A stretch of DNA of 62,360 nt, taken from a virus. Lineage: Duplodnaviria; Caudoviricetes. The first letter of the stretch is position 1, and each line of letters opens with the position of its first letter. A program made the position numbers and the translations under genes. The notes below the pieces were generated by a model that was not told where the DNA came from, ran no database searches, and saw only the letters and a program-made list of their open reading frames with translations. Of this stretch, positions 1-9,449 are shown piece after piece. Location of the stretch: positions 1-62,360 of the IMG/VR virus record IMGVR_UViG_3300005607_000002; one strand, given 5' to 3'.

Positions 1-120
1 GTCGGTGGCGAGAGCAGCGCCGACGCGGGTAAGGGCATAGACCAGGGTGGGAATGGCCACCCCGAGCGTTACGGCCGCGGCCATCATTACGTAGCCGCCC
101 GCCTGGGAGGCGAACGCGAA
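1..120 (+). repeat. Terminal direct repeat, left copy (probable circular-assembly overlap)
   Basis: 1-120 identical to 62241-62360. Confidence 0.95.
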
Positions 121-510
121 CGCATTCATCGCGGCCGAACCGGCAAGCGTGCCAAGGATCGCGGGTCGCGCAAAGCGTGCGACCTGCTTGCGCAGCCGGT
201 CGCCGATGGCGAGCTGCGAGAGCTCTAAGGCGACAAAGCCGAGATCGATGCCCACGGCCATTGCCCAGCCCTCCCACGGCTCGCAGTGGGTGACGATCTC
301 GATTCCGTGGGCCAGGTGGGAGAGAGACAGCGCCGTCAGGGTGACGGCAACCGCTCCGACGCCGGCCGCGGTTGCGGCCTGACGCCGCAGGGCGCGCACC
401 GCCCTGCGGATGCGCCGCGAGGGCGCGCGCGGCGCGCCCTCCCTGGCGGCCGGCATCAGGCGATGCACCTTGCCGCCGCCGCCAGAGAGTGTATTTACGG
501 TTTCAGCCAT
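1..510 (-). CDS. Multi-pass membrane protein spanning the contig junction (continues 62240 to 62220)
   Basis: ATG at 510 with upstream GAGGAGGG; own translation MAETVNTLSGG...GIDLGFVALE...LGVAIPTLVYALTRVG; frame continues after circularisation to TGA at 62220-62222, overlapping the next ATG. Confidence 0.75.
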   Translation of the reverse strand, partial: MAETVNTLSGGGGKVHRLMPAAREGAPRAPSRRIRRAVRALRRQAATAAGVGAVAVTLTALSLSHLAHGIEIVTHCEPWEGWAMAVGIDLGFVALELSQLAIGDRLRKQVARFARPAILGTLAGSAAMNAFAFASQAGGYVMMAAAVTLGVAIPTLVYALTRVGAALATD

Positions 511-599
511 TAAATCCCTCCTCGTCAGGGGTTTGGTGGTCAGGACCGGGGCGAGGTGGCCGCCTTGCCTCCGGTCCGCAATTTTGGTACGACCTTTTT

Positions 600-797
600 A
601 TGACGATGTCAACAAAAAAGGTCGGACCAAAAAAGCGCGGCCGTCCCTATGCCGGAGGCCGCGACCCGTCGTACTCGCTGCGCATGCCGCCCGAGATGCG
701 CAGGCAGATGGAAAAGCTCGCGCGGGAGGACGGGGTGACCCTGTCCAGGAAGATCCTGCAGGTGCTGGCCGAGCATCTGGCGAAGAGGCCGCAATGA
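600..797 (+). CDS. Arc/ribbon-helix-helix DNA-binding protein
   Basis: KKRGRP...SYSLRMPPEMRRQMEKLAREDGVTLSRKILQVL is an Arc-like pattern; divergent from the left operon. Confidence 0.75.
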   Translation: MTMSTKKVGPKKRGRPYAGGRDPSYSLRMPPEMRRQMEKLAREDGVTLSRKILQVLAEHLAKRPQ

Positions 798-1087
798 GCC
801 AGGCGACGCGGCATCGAGCGCAGCATGAAAGAGAGATAGCTTTGTCTCCGCATTTACCAGAGACGACCGGTCCCGCGGACGCTGGGGTGCTCGCAACCGA
901 ACATCCATTAGACAGAGAATGCGCATTGGAACGGTTGGCGCGTACTCTCCATTGGAAGATGGAGCACCTTGATCCCACGGACGACTCGGATTGGGAAAGT
1001 CTGAACGAGCGGAAAAGAGATTTTTATCGATTGTGCATCAAAGCGATATTGAACGAGGCAGATGCGATAAGGGCTGCCTTGGGATGA
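794..1087 (+). CDS. Hypothetical protein
   Basis: ATGA overlap with the RHH gene; 97 aa. Confidence 0.5.
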   Translation: MSQATRHRAQHEREIALSPHLPETTGPADAGVLATEHPLDRECALERLARTLHWKMEHLDPTDDSDWESLNERKRDFYRLCIKAILNEADAIRAALG

Positions 1088-1134
1088 TCTTTCGCCGCCC
1101 TTCCGCGCCGAAAGTCTGATCGACCACGATGGCC

Positions 1135-1163
1135 TTGCAATCCGCCGCGCGGCGCAATAAAAG
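1135..1163 (+). promoter_or_regulatory. Putative sigma70 promoter for the mini-array
   Basis: TTGCAA-17 bp-TAAAAG just upstream of the first repeat. Confidence 0.55.
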
Positions 1164-1177
1164 GGAATGAGGCGCGC

Positions 1178-1293
1178 CTTTCCGCGGATGCCGGCGCCGG
1201 CGCCGCGGCCTCATTGAAGCGATAGGTGGGGCGTTCCTCTAAAGTAAAGCCTTGTCAATTTCCGCGGCGTCAACGCCGCGGCCTCATTGAAAG
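1178..1293 (+). CRISPR. CRISPR mini-array (repeat-spacer-repeat) with type I-G (I-U)-like repeats
   Basis: Repeat 1 1178-1220 CTTTCCGCGG(N)CGCCGCGGCCTCATTGAAGC with expanded loop; 37-bp spacer 1221-1257; repeat 2 1258-1293 ATTTCCGCGGCGTCAACGCCGCGGCCTCATTGAAAG; palindromic stem and ATTGAAG(C)-type 3' end. Confidence 0.8.
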
Positions 1294-1322
1294 AACCGCC
1301 CTCCGGGGCGGTTCTTTTTTTT
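1292..1322 (+). terminator. Intrinsic terminator
   Basis: AGAACCGCCC-TCCG-GGGCGGTTCT followed by a T run. Confidence 0.85.
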
Positions 1323-1362
1323 CATCATACGGTCAGAAGGCTGAAGAACAACGGAGACCTTC

Positions 1363-1527
1363 ATGGCCTGGGTGCTGATATTTTTCGTGTCGTTTGACGA
1401 AGGCGCGATCGCGCGCATCGCTCCGCAACTGTTTTCGACGCAGGAGGAATGCCTGCTCAGCGCCCGTGTCTATCATCGCATCGAGCCGCGTGCGCAGGCG
1501 GTCTGCGTCGAAGCGGCAAAGCCGTGA
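1363..1527 (+). CDS. Small hypothetical protein (54 aa)
   Basis: GGAG RBS, ATG; MAWVLIFFVSF...EECL...AVCVEAAKP. Confidence 0.5.
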   Translation: MAWVLIFFVSFDEGAIARIAPQLFSTQEECLLSARVYHRIEPRAQAVCVEAAKP

Positions 1528-1721
1528 GCCTCCCTCCGCCCCATCCGCCGCGGCAGGCGAAAAAGCCGCCGAAGCCGCGGGCGGCGCCGCACCGGCGCCA
1601 TGAGCAGGTCATGCGGCGCCCGAACGAGCAGCTGGCGCTCGCCAGGCATAGCTTGCAGCCGCATCCGGTGCAGCCGCACCGCGGCCAGGAACGCAAGTAG
1701 AGAGAGATCCAAGGAGAATCC

Positions 1722-4127
1722 ATGACCTCGATCCGCCGCTTTATCGCGGGAGCGCTCGCGCTCGGCTGGATGTTCGCGGCGCCGGCTGTCGTGCTGCTGC
1801 CGTCCGGGCCGGCCGGAGCGACCGTCAACACCTCGGCCAACAAGACGATCGTCGCCGGCAACGGCGCGCAGACGGTCTTTACGTTCAACTTTATCGGCGT
1901 GGCGGCGCAATACATCAGCGTCGTCTATACCGATGCGTTCGGCAACCAGACCACGCTGACCCAAGGCTCGGGCGCGACGCAATACCAGTTGAGCCTCAAT
2001 CCGCCGGTCCAGGGCGCGGTGTGGGGCGTCGGCGGCACGGTCACCTACAATCCGAACGGCACGCCGATCGCGGCCGGGACGACGCTCACCATCATGCGGA
2101 CGCTGCCGCTTACCCAGGCGGTGAGCCTCGCCAATCAGCAATCGGTGCAGGCGCTCGGCAACGGGGCGGAGACCGCGGTCGATACCGCAGTGATGCAGGG
2201 CCAGCAGATCTCGGAGCAGATCGGCCGCGCGCTGCAGATGAACGCCTCGAATGCCTCGTCCCCCAACCCGCTGCCGCCGGCCGCCCAGGCCGCCGGGCAG
2301 GGCCTGTGCTTTGACGGCAGCGGCAACAACGTGATTGCCTGTTCGCTCGCGCCCTCCGGCGTGATCTCCTCGGCGATGGCGCCCGTGGTGGACGCGGCGA
2401 GCCTCGCCGCCGGCCGCACCGCGCTCGGGCTTGGCACCATGGCGCAGGAGAACATCAACGCCGGGACCTGCGGCGGTGCGACCATCCAGGACGACGGGTC
2501 AGGCAATGCCCGTGCGAATCTGTTTTCCACGGTCGCAGACTCGGTCAGTCAGACCGTGACCTGCGCGTTCCATGGCACCCAGCGCATTGCGACCGGGCCC
2601 ATCACCTATACCCTGCCCCGGGCCAGCACTCTCTTTAACGGTTTCACTTTCAGGATCACGGCGCTTGCCGGTATCGAGACGCTTACTCCTAATGCCGCAG
2701 ATTCTTTCGCCGGCGGCGTCCCGTCAGGAACAAGCGCCACGATCCCTTCAGGCTCGACCTGCGCCATCACGACGGACGCGAAAACCTCCGGCACCTGGTA
2801 CATCGATTGCAATGCCGCGGGCGGCGTCGTCTCGCCGCTCACCTACGGGGCGCGTTGCGATGGCGGCACCGATGACACGGCTGCCGTTGCGCGGGCGATT
2901 AGCGCGCTAGGCTCGACGGGCGGCACCGTCCAGTTTCCCAATGCCAATTGCGCTTTCGCCGGCACGATTGCGATCGGAACCAGCGGCATTCATCTCAAAG
3001 GTGCGGGGATCAACGGCACCACGCTGACTTTCACCGGCGCTGGCGCTGCCGACGCCATCACGATCGGCACCTTTCCGGCCAGCGCCAATTGCACGGGCGC
3101 ATCGCCGCCGAGCAGTTGCCTGCAGATCACCGGCGTCTCCGTTGAGGACATGACGATTACCGCGCCGAATCGCACCGGAGGCTACCTGTTTGACATCAAT
3201 GGCGCCCGCGAGGTTCTGATACAGAAAATCTTTTATCCTTCGTCGTGGCTTCTCGCCGCCACGGCATATGTCAACAACGTCGAATTTCACCAGCTCAACG
3301 GCTATATCCGTTCGACGAGCGGCAGCTCGTACGGCATTCTCTTATATAACGCGATTACGACCGGCACGAACAGCGGCTGGTATCGCTCAGATCAGATCGG
3401 GTTCGATCATGTCTTCATGAACGCTCAAGCGGCCGGTGCCAACTGCTTTGGCTGGGACGGCATGGTCAATACCGTCGTGATGACGCATGTCGCGCTGCTC
3501 TCATGCGCCAACGGCCTCGTTGTGAACAACAGTCAGGCCAGCACCATGTGGTTTCCGCTGTTTCTTATGGCGGATGACTTGGAGGTCGACGGCTCGAGCC
3601 TGAATTCTGTTCTCATCAATGCCGGCCGCGACTTCCACATCGTCAACGGCGAACTGAACAATTCAGGGAACGGCAGCAGCCTGGCCAACTATCCGCTTGC
3701 GGTCAACTTCGACGCCAACTCCAACACGTGCTGTGTCTTCATCGACAATACGGCGATTCACGACACGTGGGGAGGCGCTGCTAAAATCGATGTCCAGGAT
3801 GTCACGATCTCGAACAGCCATTTTTTCGATACGAATCATGCCGGCAACGGCATGGCGCCAACGATAGACATCACCGCGCACGCATCCAACGTCCTTGTCA
3901 CCGGCTCATTTCTTGGTCAGCGCTACGGCGATTCCAACAAGCCGAGTTACGGCATCCAGGTCGAAGCCGGCGCAGGCGTGGTCTCCGCGGCGCACAACAG
4001 TTATTCCGGGACGACCGTCAACAACGTCAACAATCTCTCGGCCAATATAATGGGTTTTCTCGGCGGCATCACAAGAACAAACGGAATCAATACGGCAACG
4101 ACATGCGCCGCCGCAACGGCCTGCTGA
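1722..4127 (+). CDS. Tail fibre/spike with podovirus-type N-terminal anchor and beta-helix (pectate-lyase-like) domain
   Basis: AAGGAG RBS; GNGAQTVFTFNF...GGTVTY...GTTLTIMRTLP anchor pattern; YGARCDGGTDDTAAVARAI beta-helix start; G/N/T/S rich. Confidence 0.8.
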   Translation: MTSIRRFIAGALALGWMFAAPAVVLLPSGPAGATVNTSANKTIVAGNGAQTVFTFNFIGVAAQYISVVYTDAFGNQTTLTQGSGATQYQLSLNPPVQGAVWGVGGTVTYNPNGTPIAAGTTLTIMRTLPLTQAVSLANQQSVQALGNGAETAVDTAVMQGQQISEQIGRALQMNASNASSPNPLPPAAQAAGQGLCFDGSGNNVIACSLAPSGVISSAMAPVVDAASLAAGRTALGLGTMAQENINAGTCGGATIQDDGSGNARANLFSTVADSVSQTVTCAFHGTQRIATGPITYTLPRASTLFNGFTFRITALAGIETLTPNAADSFAGGVPSGTSATIPSGSTCAITTDAKTSGTWYIDCNAAGGVVSPLTYGARCDGGTDDTAAVARAISALGSTGGTVQFPNANCAFAGTIAIGTSGIHLKGAGINGTTLTFTGAGAADAITIGTFPASANCTGASPPSSCLQITGVSVEDMTITAPNRTGGYLFDINGAREVLIQKIFYPSSWLLAATAYVNNVEFHQLNGYIRSTSGSSYGILLYNAITTGTNSGWYRSDQIGFDHVFMNAQAAGANCFGWDGMVNTVVMTHVALLSCANGLVVNNSQASTMWFPLFLMADDLEVDGSSLNSVLINAGRDFHIVNGELNNSGNGSSLANYPLAVNFDANSNTCCVFIDNTAIHDTWGGAAKIDVQDVTISNSHFFDTNHAGNGMAPTIDITAHASNVLVTGSFLGQRYGDSNKPSYGIQVEAGAGVVSAAHNSYSGTTVNNVNNLSANIMGFLGGITRTNGINTATTCAAATAC

Positions 4128-4172
4128 AGAATTAATGATGACCGCGCCCGCGCCGCCGAAAGAAACAAGCCG

Positions 4173-4874
4173 ATGACGATCTCCCGCTCCTATCTTGCTC
4201 ATGACATTCCGGTGCCGGGGCCGATCGGCGTCGCCGTGACGGGCATCGGCAACTCGCCGGTCGCCGCGATCGCCGCCGATTCGCTGCGCCACGGCATGCT
4301 GTTCCACAACCCGAACGCCGCCGTGGTGCTGCGCGTCGCCCCCGCCAATCTGACGCTCGTCAGCGGCAGCGGCGGCATCGCCATCGAGCCGTTCAGCTAT
4401 TTCGAGATTTACGACAGCCTCGGCGGCGATTTCGGCGCCGGCAGCGGCCTGGTGCGCGTCAACTGCGCCTGGAACGTGGTGGCCGACGCCGCCGGCAGCT
4501 TCGGCCTGACCATATGGAATTTCACTGACGCCAATCCGGCGGGGAGCCCTCCCAATCCGGTCGCCTATCCTAACCTCGATATCGACATCACGTCGCCGAA
4601 CGGCTGGCAGACCTCGGCGCTCACCACCGCGTCGCAAGCCTTCCTGCCGGCGAACCAGAACCGGCGCGGCGTGCTGTTTCACAATCCCGGCACGCAGAAC
4701 AAGGCGGTGTGCCCGGCCAATCTTGCGGCCTCGCAGGGCGCTGGCTCGATCATCCTGCTGCCGAAGGCAAGCAAGGAGATCCGCGCCTGCGGCAAGGTGC
4801 GGGTAAACTGCGCATTCAATGCGGCGACGGCGAACAACGCCGACGGCGCGCTGACGGCGCTCGAATACGTGTGA
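4173..4874 (+). CDS. Putative virion protein with two tandem homologous domains
   Basis: R(H/R)G(M/V)LFHNP...PANL...VRVNCA(W/F)N occurs twice; lies between spike genes. Confidence 0.6.
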   Translation: MTISRSYLAHDIPVPGPIGVAVTGIGNSPVAAIAADSLRHGMLFHNPNAAVVLRVAPANLTLVSGSGGIAIEPFSYFEIYDSLGGDFGAGSGLVRVNCAWNVVADAAGSFGLTIWNFTDANPAGSPPNPVAYPNLDIDITSPNGWQTSALTTASQAFLPANQNRRGVLFHNPGTQNKAVCPANLAASQGAGSIILLPKASKEIRACGKVRVNCAFNAATANNADGALTALEYV

Positions 4875-4903
4875 TCGTCCATCTCTCCCGAGGAAATCGT
4901 TCG

Positions 4904-6859
4904 ATGACGTTCTGGATCACGGCCGCATGGCGGCTGGCGCTAGCGTGCGCCGCCACCCTGCTCATGCACGGCGGCGCGGCGGCGCAGAACATCGTGTGCC
5001 CGACCATGCCGCCGGGCGACAGGAGCAACGCCTGCGCGAGCACTGCGTTCGTGCAGCAGAATGCGCCAGGCGTAAGCGTCCTGGCTTATGGCGCTGCGTG
5101 CGATGGCTCCACGGATGACAGCTTGGCTTTTTCCGCCGCAATCTCGGCACAAAATTCCATCTTTGTCCCAAGTGGGAAAACCTGCATCATCCATGATGTG
5201 ACGCTTTCTGCAGATCAATCTCTTGATTGCGGCGGCTCTGTACTACAAGCGCCGCCTGTCGCGGGCGCAAACCAGTGGATACTCAGGAAGACCGGATTCA
5301 ATTCCCGCGTCCGGAATTGTCAGTTCAACGATCCCAATGGCGCGACGAAACACGCAACGACGCTTTCCGGCGCGGCCACTCCCGGCAGTACGACGATCGG
5401 CGTCAACAGCGCGACGGGGATGCAGGTCAATCAGCCCATCGCGATCGCGCTGGACAGTGGCGCGTATCACCTTACAAAGATCACCAACATTGCCGGCTCG
5501 ACGATCACGCTAGCGGACGCGATTCCCTCGACACAGGCGATTGCGCCGACCGTAGCGGCTGGCGGGTCGAACTACAGCGTCAATGATCATCTTGTTGCAC
5601 AGGGCGGCATCGGGCCTCCGACGATCGTACACGTGACGGCAGTCAGCGGCGGCGCGGTGATGGCTGTGGCAGTTGATGCGCCGGGGCTTTATTCTACATT
5701 CCCGACAAGCCCGGTCGCGACGATGGATACCAACAACGCGAGCGGCTCGGGCGCAACGCTGACGCTCACCGCTGCCGGCGCGAGCAGCGGCAACATCGTC
5801 GAATCCGCCTGGGGAACGCTGGTCATCGATAATGCGACCGAAGGTGTCGTCAGTGATGTCATATTCAGCAGCGTTCCCGCGGGGTTGCAAATTAGCAACA
5901 CAAGCGGCTCCGGGAGTTTTGGTGCTCAAGAGACAGTGCGCGGCGCCGTGGTCAACGCCGCTCAACTGTTCGCGATCTTCAAGGACGTCGGCGTCAACAA
6001 TAGCCGCTTCAGCGACATCGTGGCTTACGGTACTACCCACAATGCAAGCAGCTACGGCGTGGCCGGTGTCTACATCAGCGGTGACAATCTAGGTGCTGCG
6101 CCCACTGGCGGAAACATGTTCCGTGGCATCACCATGCTCGGCTTCGAGACGGGCTGGCTCGACAATGCCGGGCAGCTCGATTTCTTTTCGGCCGTTATAG
6201 GCGATACAATCAGGAACTACAGCTTCGTCTGTAATCATTGTATCGGGAATACGTTCAGCAGCGATATATGGATGCAGTTCACCGGGCCGAACGCGTTATC
6301 AGGGACCGGCGGTTTCGGTGGCGGGATGTATTTCGGTAATTCTGCGACCAATAACGTGCTGGGCGGTCTTGCAACCGGCAACAACGCATTCGATCTCCAC
6401 ATCGCTGATGCAACGTCTTCGATCTGGCTGAATGGTCAGGCGTGGGGATCCAAGAAGGCGGCGAGCGGCTTTACCGGTGCGCTGTTCTCGGGGCAGACTA
6501 TTTTTGCTGCGACGACGCCCGCTTCAGTCGGGGGCGCTGGCGCGACGTTCTATCTGGGCGCTTCCGGTTATGCCACGACGGAAGGTGCGGTGGAGACCGC
6601 GATCGCGCTGACACAAGTTGTCACCAAGTTCTCCTGTCTATCAACAGGCGCACCTGGAGTAGGCCAGAGCTATACATGCAACTTGCGTAATAACGCGACG
6701 ACACTGGCATCGTGTTCTTATTCTGGAGCGTCATCATTTGGGTGTGAGTATGACGGACCGGGTGTAAACATTTTTCCCGGGTATACGCTTGATCTTCAAG
6801 TTGTATCTTCAGCAGGTGCAGCGTCAAGCCAGTTTCGCGCTTATGTATCCGGGCTTTAG
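4904..6859 (+). CDS. Second tail spike / depolymerase-like protein
   Basis: ASTAFVQ collar-like motif, YGAACDGSTDDSLAFSAAI beta-helix start; GAGG RBS; lower GC than the core. Confidence 0.75.
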   Translation: MTFWITAAWRLALACAATLLMHGGAAAQNIVCPTMPPGDRSNACASTAFVQQNAPGVSVLAYGAACDGSTDDSLAFSAAISAQNSIFVPSGKTCIIHDVTLSADQSLDCGGSVLQAPPVAGANQWILRKTGFNSRVRNCQFNDPNGATKHATTLSGAATPGSTTIGVNSATGMQVNQPIAIALDSGAYHLTKITNIAGSTITLADAIPSTQAIAPTVAAGGSNYSVNDHLVAQGGIGPPTIVHVTAVSGGAVMAVAVDAPGLYSTFPTSPVATMDTNNASGSGATLTLTAAGASSGNIVESAWGTLVIDNATEGVVSDVIFSSVPAGLQISNTSGSGSFGAQETVRGAVVNAAQLFAIFKDVGVNNSRFSDIVAYGTTHNASSYGVAGVYISGDNLGAAPTGGNMFRGITMLGFETGWLDNAGQLDFFSAVIGDTIRNYSFVCNHCIGNTFSSDIWMQFTGPNALSGTGGFGGGMYFGNSATNNVLGGLATGNNAFDLHIADATSSIWLNGQAWGSKKAASGFTGALFSGQTIFAATTPASVGGAGATFYLGASGYATTEGAVETAIALTQVVTKFSCLSTGAPGVGQSYTCNLRNNATTLASCSYSGASSFGCEYDGPGVNIFPGYTLDLQVVSSAGAASSQFRAYVSGL

Positions 6860-6878
6860 AAGGTGAAGCCAACGCAAT

Positions 6879-7103
6879 GTGCGCCCGCAGAATCCGACGT
6901 GCTGGCGTCCGTTGCGGGCCGCCGGCGCGCAGCAGGCCGATCCCGCCATCCTTCAGCGCCTCATTCCTGTGCTTCAGGCGCAGCGCAACGAATGGCTAGA
7001 CCGCGCCGCATTGGCGGAGGCCCGCGCCGCGCAGCTTGCTGAAGAAGTGCAGAGATTAAAGAGCGAACTGGAGAAGGCGAAGACGGAGAAGCGGGCGCAA
7101 TGA
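6879..7103 (+). CDS. Small coiled-coil hypothetical protein
   Basis: LQAQRNEWLDRAALAEARAAQLAEEVQRLKSELEK; start uncertain. Confidence 0.4.
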   Translation: MRPQNPTCWRPLRAAGAQQADPAILQRLIPVLQAQRNEWLDRAALAEARAAQLAEEVQRLKSELEKAKTEKRAQ

Positions 7104-7149
7104 CGCGGCCGCCGCGCCCGCGTTTCAACCCCGCAGAGAGAAAAGCCCG

Positions 7150-7773
7150 ATGAACATCAATCCGAAAGTGATCGACCTCTACCACGGCGATGCCGTGTCG
7201 AGCTTCGAGGACGCCTACAAGGCCGGCATCCGCGGCGTCATCCACAAGGCGACCGAGGGCGCGACGCTTTCCGACCGCGCCTATGCGCGGCGTCGCGTCA
7301 TGGCGCTCGATGCCGGCATGCTGTGGGGCGCCTATCATTTTCTCAGGCCCGGCGATCCGGCCGGCCAGGCGCGCCGCTTCCTCGATGAGGCGCGGCCCAC
7401 CGAGGCGACGCTGATCGCGGTCGATCACGAGGATACGCGTGTCCCGCTTGCGGCGCTCGTCCGTTTCCTCGACGAGCTTGAGGCCGCGGGCATCAGGAAG
7501 CGCGTCGTCTATTCCGGTTTCCTCATCAAGGAGCAGCTTCCCCGCGCCGATGATTATCAGCGCGCCGTCCTCGCGCAATGCGAGCTGTGGCTCGCGCATT
7601 ACGCCGCGGCGCCGAGATGGCCGGCGCTGTGGAAGACGCCGTTCCTGTGGCAATTCACCGGCGGCGGCGAAGGCCCCGAGCCGCATTCGACGCCCGGCAT
7701 CCACGGCGCGGCCGACCTCAGCGCTTTCGACGGCGGCGACGACGAGCTCGCCGCGCAATGGAACGCGGCATGA
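7150..7773 (+). CDS. Endolysin, glycoside hydrolase family 25
   Basis: VIDLYH...HKATEG...WGAYHF...AVDHE...LWLAHY...LWQFT...DLS motifs of GH25 lysozymes. Confidence 0.9.
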   Translation: MNINPKVIDLYHGDAVSSFEDAYKAGIRGVIHKATEGATLSDRAYARRRVMALDAGMLWGAYHFLRPGDPAGQARRFLDEARPTEATLIAVDHEDTRVPLAALVRFLDELEAAGIRKRVVYSGFLIKEQLPRADDYQRAVLAQCELWLAHYAAAPRWPALWKTPFLWQFTGGGEGPEPHSTPGIHGAADLSAFDGGDDELAAQWNAA

Positions 7774-7808
7774 GCGCATTTCGCGCACATTTCGCAACGG
7801 AGACCAAA

Positions 7809-8015
7809 ATGAACGGATTCAAGCCTCTGATCGAAAGCAGGACCTTCTGGGGCGCGGTGATGTCGCTTGCCGGCTCTGGCCTCGCGGCCGGCCATTATAC
7901 GCTGACGCCGGCCGACGCCGCGAGCGCGGTGGACATCATCGTCTCCATCATTTCCGGCATCGGCGGCCTTATCGCCATCTACGGCCGCGTCGCGGCGTCG
8001 AAGAAGATCGGCTGA
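7809..8015 (+). CDS. Holin-like membrane protein
   Basis: KPLIESRTFWG, two hydrophobic segments, AIYGRVAASKKIG; follows the endolysin. Confidence 0.7.
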   Translation: MNGFKPLIESRTFWGAVMSLAGSGLAAGHYTLTPADAASAVDIIVSIISGIGGLIAIYGRVAASKKIG

Positions 8016-8044
8016 CGGGCGCCGCCGGACGCGCGGATATTCCG

Positions 8045-8293
8045 ATGGGCCATTCCCATCGGCGCCGAGAGCGCATCGAATTTCCGGTCATCTGCCCGAT
8101 ACACGCGGTTCCGTTCGTCCGGTTCACGGGCGTAGGCGGACGCTACTCGATGGGCTGCCCGCAATGTGTCGCCAAGCTGCGGGCCGACGTCCGGGCTGCG
8201 AAGGAGATCCATCGCAGATGGTCGCCGCTTAAGCGCGGCCGTAAACCGAAAAACCGTGTGCCGGACGACACAGGCGATGCGCCTGCGGCGTGA
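8045..8293 (+). CDS. Small basic putative Zn-binding protein
   Basis: CPIH...CPQC motifs. Confidence 0.4.
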   Translation: MGHSHRRRERIEFPVICPIHAVPFVRFTGVGGRYSMGCPQCVAKLRADVRAAKEIHRRWSPLKRGRKPKNRVPDDTGDAPAA

Positions 8294-8345
8294 TATCCGG
8301 GCCGCAGGGACTTCAAAAGGATTCGAGTCGACGAAAGGAAAGCCG

Positions 8346-9035
8346 ATGCTGAAGCGGATTGATCTTGTCGTTCTCTATAGTTTGATGGCGAGCTGGCCGG
8401 CGCTCGCGGCCGACCAGAACCCGCCCGCGAGGCCGCCCGTGAACGCCGCCGCGGGGGCGCCGGCCGTGTGCACGGTGTCAAGCTGCAGCGGCTTCTATCT
8501 CGGCGGCCATATCGAGGGCGTCGGTTCGAACGCCGATATCCTCGGCAGCGGGATCAACGGGTCGATCTTCGCCAACGGCGCGGGCCTCGGCCTGCATGCG
8601 GGCTATCAGCTCTGGAACGGCAATTTCTTTGCGGCCGGCGAGATCGGCGGCACATGGTATACCGGCGGCACGTCGATCATCACCGACACCGCCAATGTCG
8701 ATCCGCGCTGGTCGGTCGATTACCTTGCCAAGTTCGGCTATGGGCTGCAGGGCCTGTTCAATTCCGCTCCGGCGCCGTCGCAGGGGCCGGTCAACGTCAT
8801 CCAGCAGCTTAACGCCGCGCTGATCTCGCCTTATTTTCTGATCGGCGGACGCACGCGCAACTTCGGCAGCGGCCTCGCGACCGGCGGCGGCGTGCAATAT
8901 GCGATCGGCGGCGGCTGGAACGCATTCGCGGAATATCTCCACGTGAATTACGAGCAGACCGTCACCTCCGGCGCCGCGCCGGTTTCGATCGGCACGGAGA
9001 ACATCGTGCGCGCCGGCGTCAACCTGATGTTCTGA
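8346..9035 (+). CDS. Outer-membrane beta-barrel protein (Omp25/RopB-like)
   Basis: AAGGA RBS, signal peptide ending ALA-AD, SGFYLGG, GLHAGY, GGGVQYA, AEYLHV, terminal VRAGVNLMF. Confidence 0.8.
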   Translation: MLKRIDLVVLYSLMASWPALAADQNPPARPPVNAAAGAPAVCTVSSCSGFYLGGHIEGVGSNADILGSGINGSIFANGAGLGLHAGYQLWNGNFFAAGEIGGTWYTGGTSIITDTANVDPRWSVDYLAKFGYGLQGLFNSAPAPSQGPVNVIQQLNAALISPYFLIGGRTRNFGSGLATGGGVQYAIGGGWNAFAEYLHVNYEQTVTSGAAPVSIGTENIVRAGVNLMF

Positions 9036-9449
9036 CATACCGGGTTCCTCGGCCACAGGTCGGACGCGACCGGCACGCTCGATCCGCAGAATCTCGACCA
9101 CCTCAAATGGTGCATTCAGCTGTTCGGGACATGCCGCATCGGCGTCGATCTGCCGCGCTCGGCGATAGACCAGTTCGACGCGGGCGAGCCGTGGGACGTG
9201 CGCGGCGACGGCGCGATCCTCGGCGGCCATGACGTGCCGCTGGTGAAATATGACGGCGCCGGCGGCGGTATGTTCTATTGCGTGACCTGGGGCCGGCTGC
9301 AGCCGGTCACGCCCCGGGGCTTGACCTTGATGGCCTCGCGAAAAAACTGGCGGCGCTGTGAGGCTTGCCGGGCGGGCGCGAGCCGTGCCTGGCGATGCGC
9401 CGCCGCAAGCGGCTATGCCTGCGGCGGCGCTCAGGTCAGGGAGGCGTGA
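9036..9449 (+). pseudogene. 5'-truncated remnant of a papain-like phage peptidase gene
   Basis: Open frame from 9036 with no start: LKWCIQLFGTCRIGVDLP...QFDAGEPWD...GGHDVPLVKYD...CVTWGRLQPVT. Confidence 0.5.

Noticed and set aside
1-120. Biological terminal repeat of the virion DNA
   Set aside because: Falls in the middle of an ORF; more simply an assembler overlap
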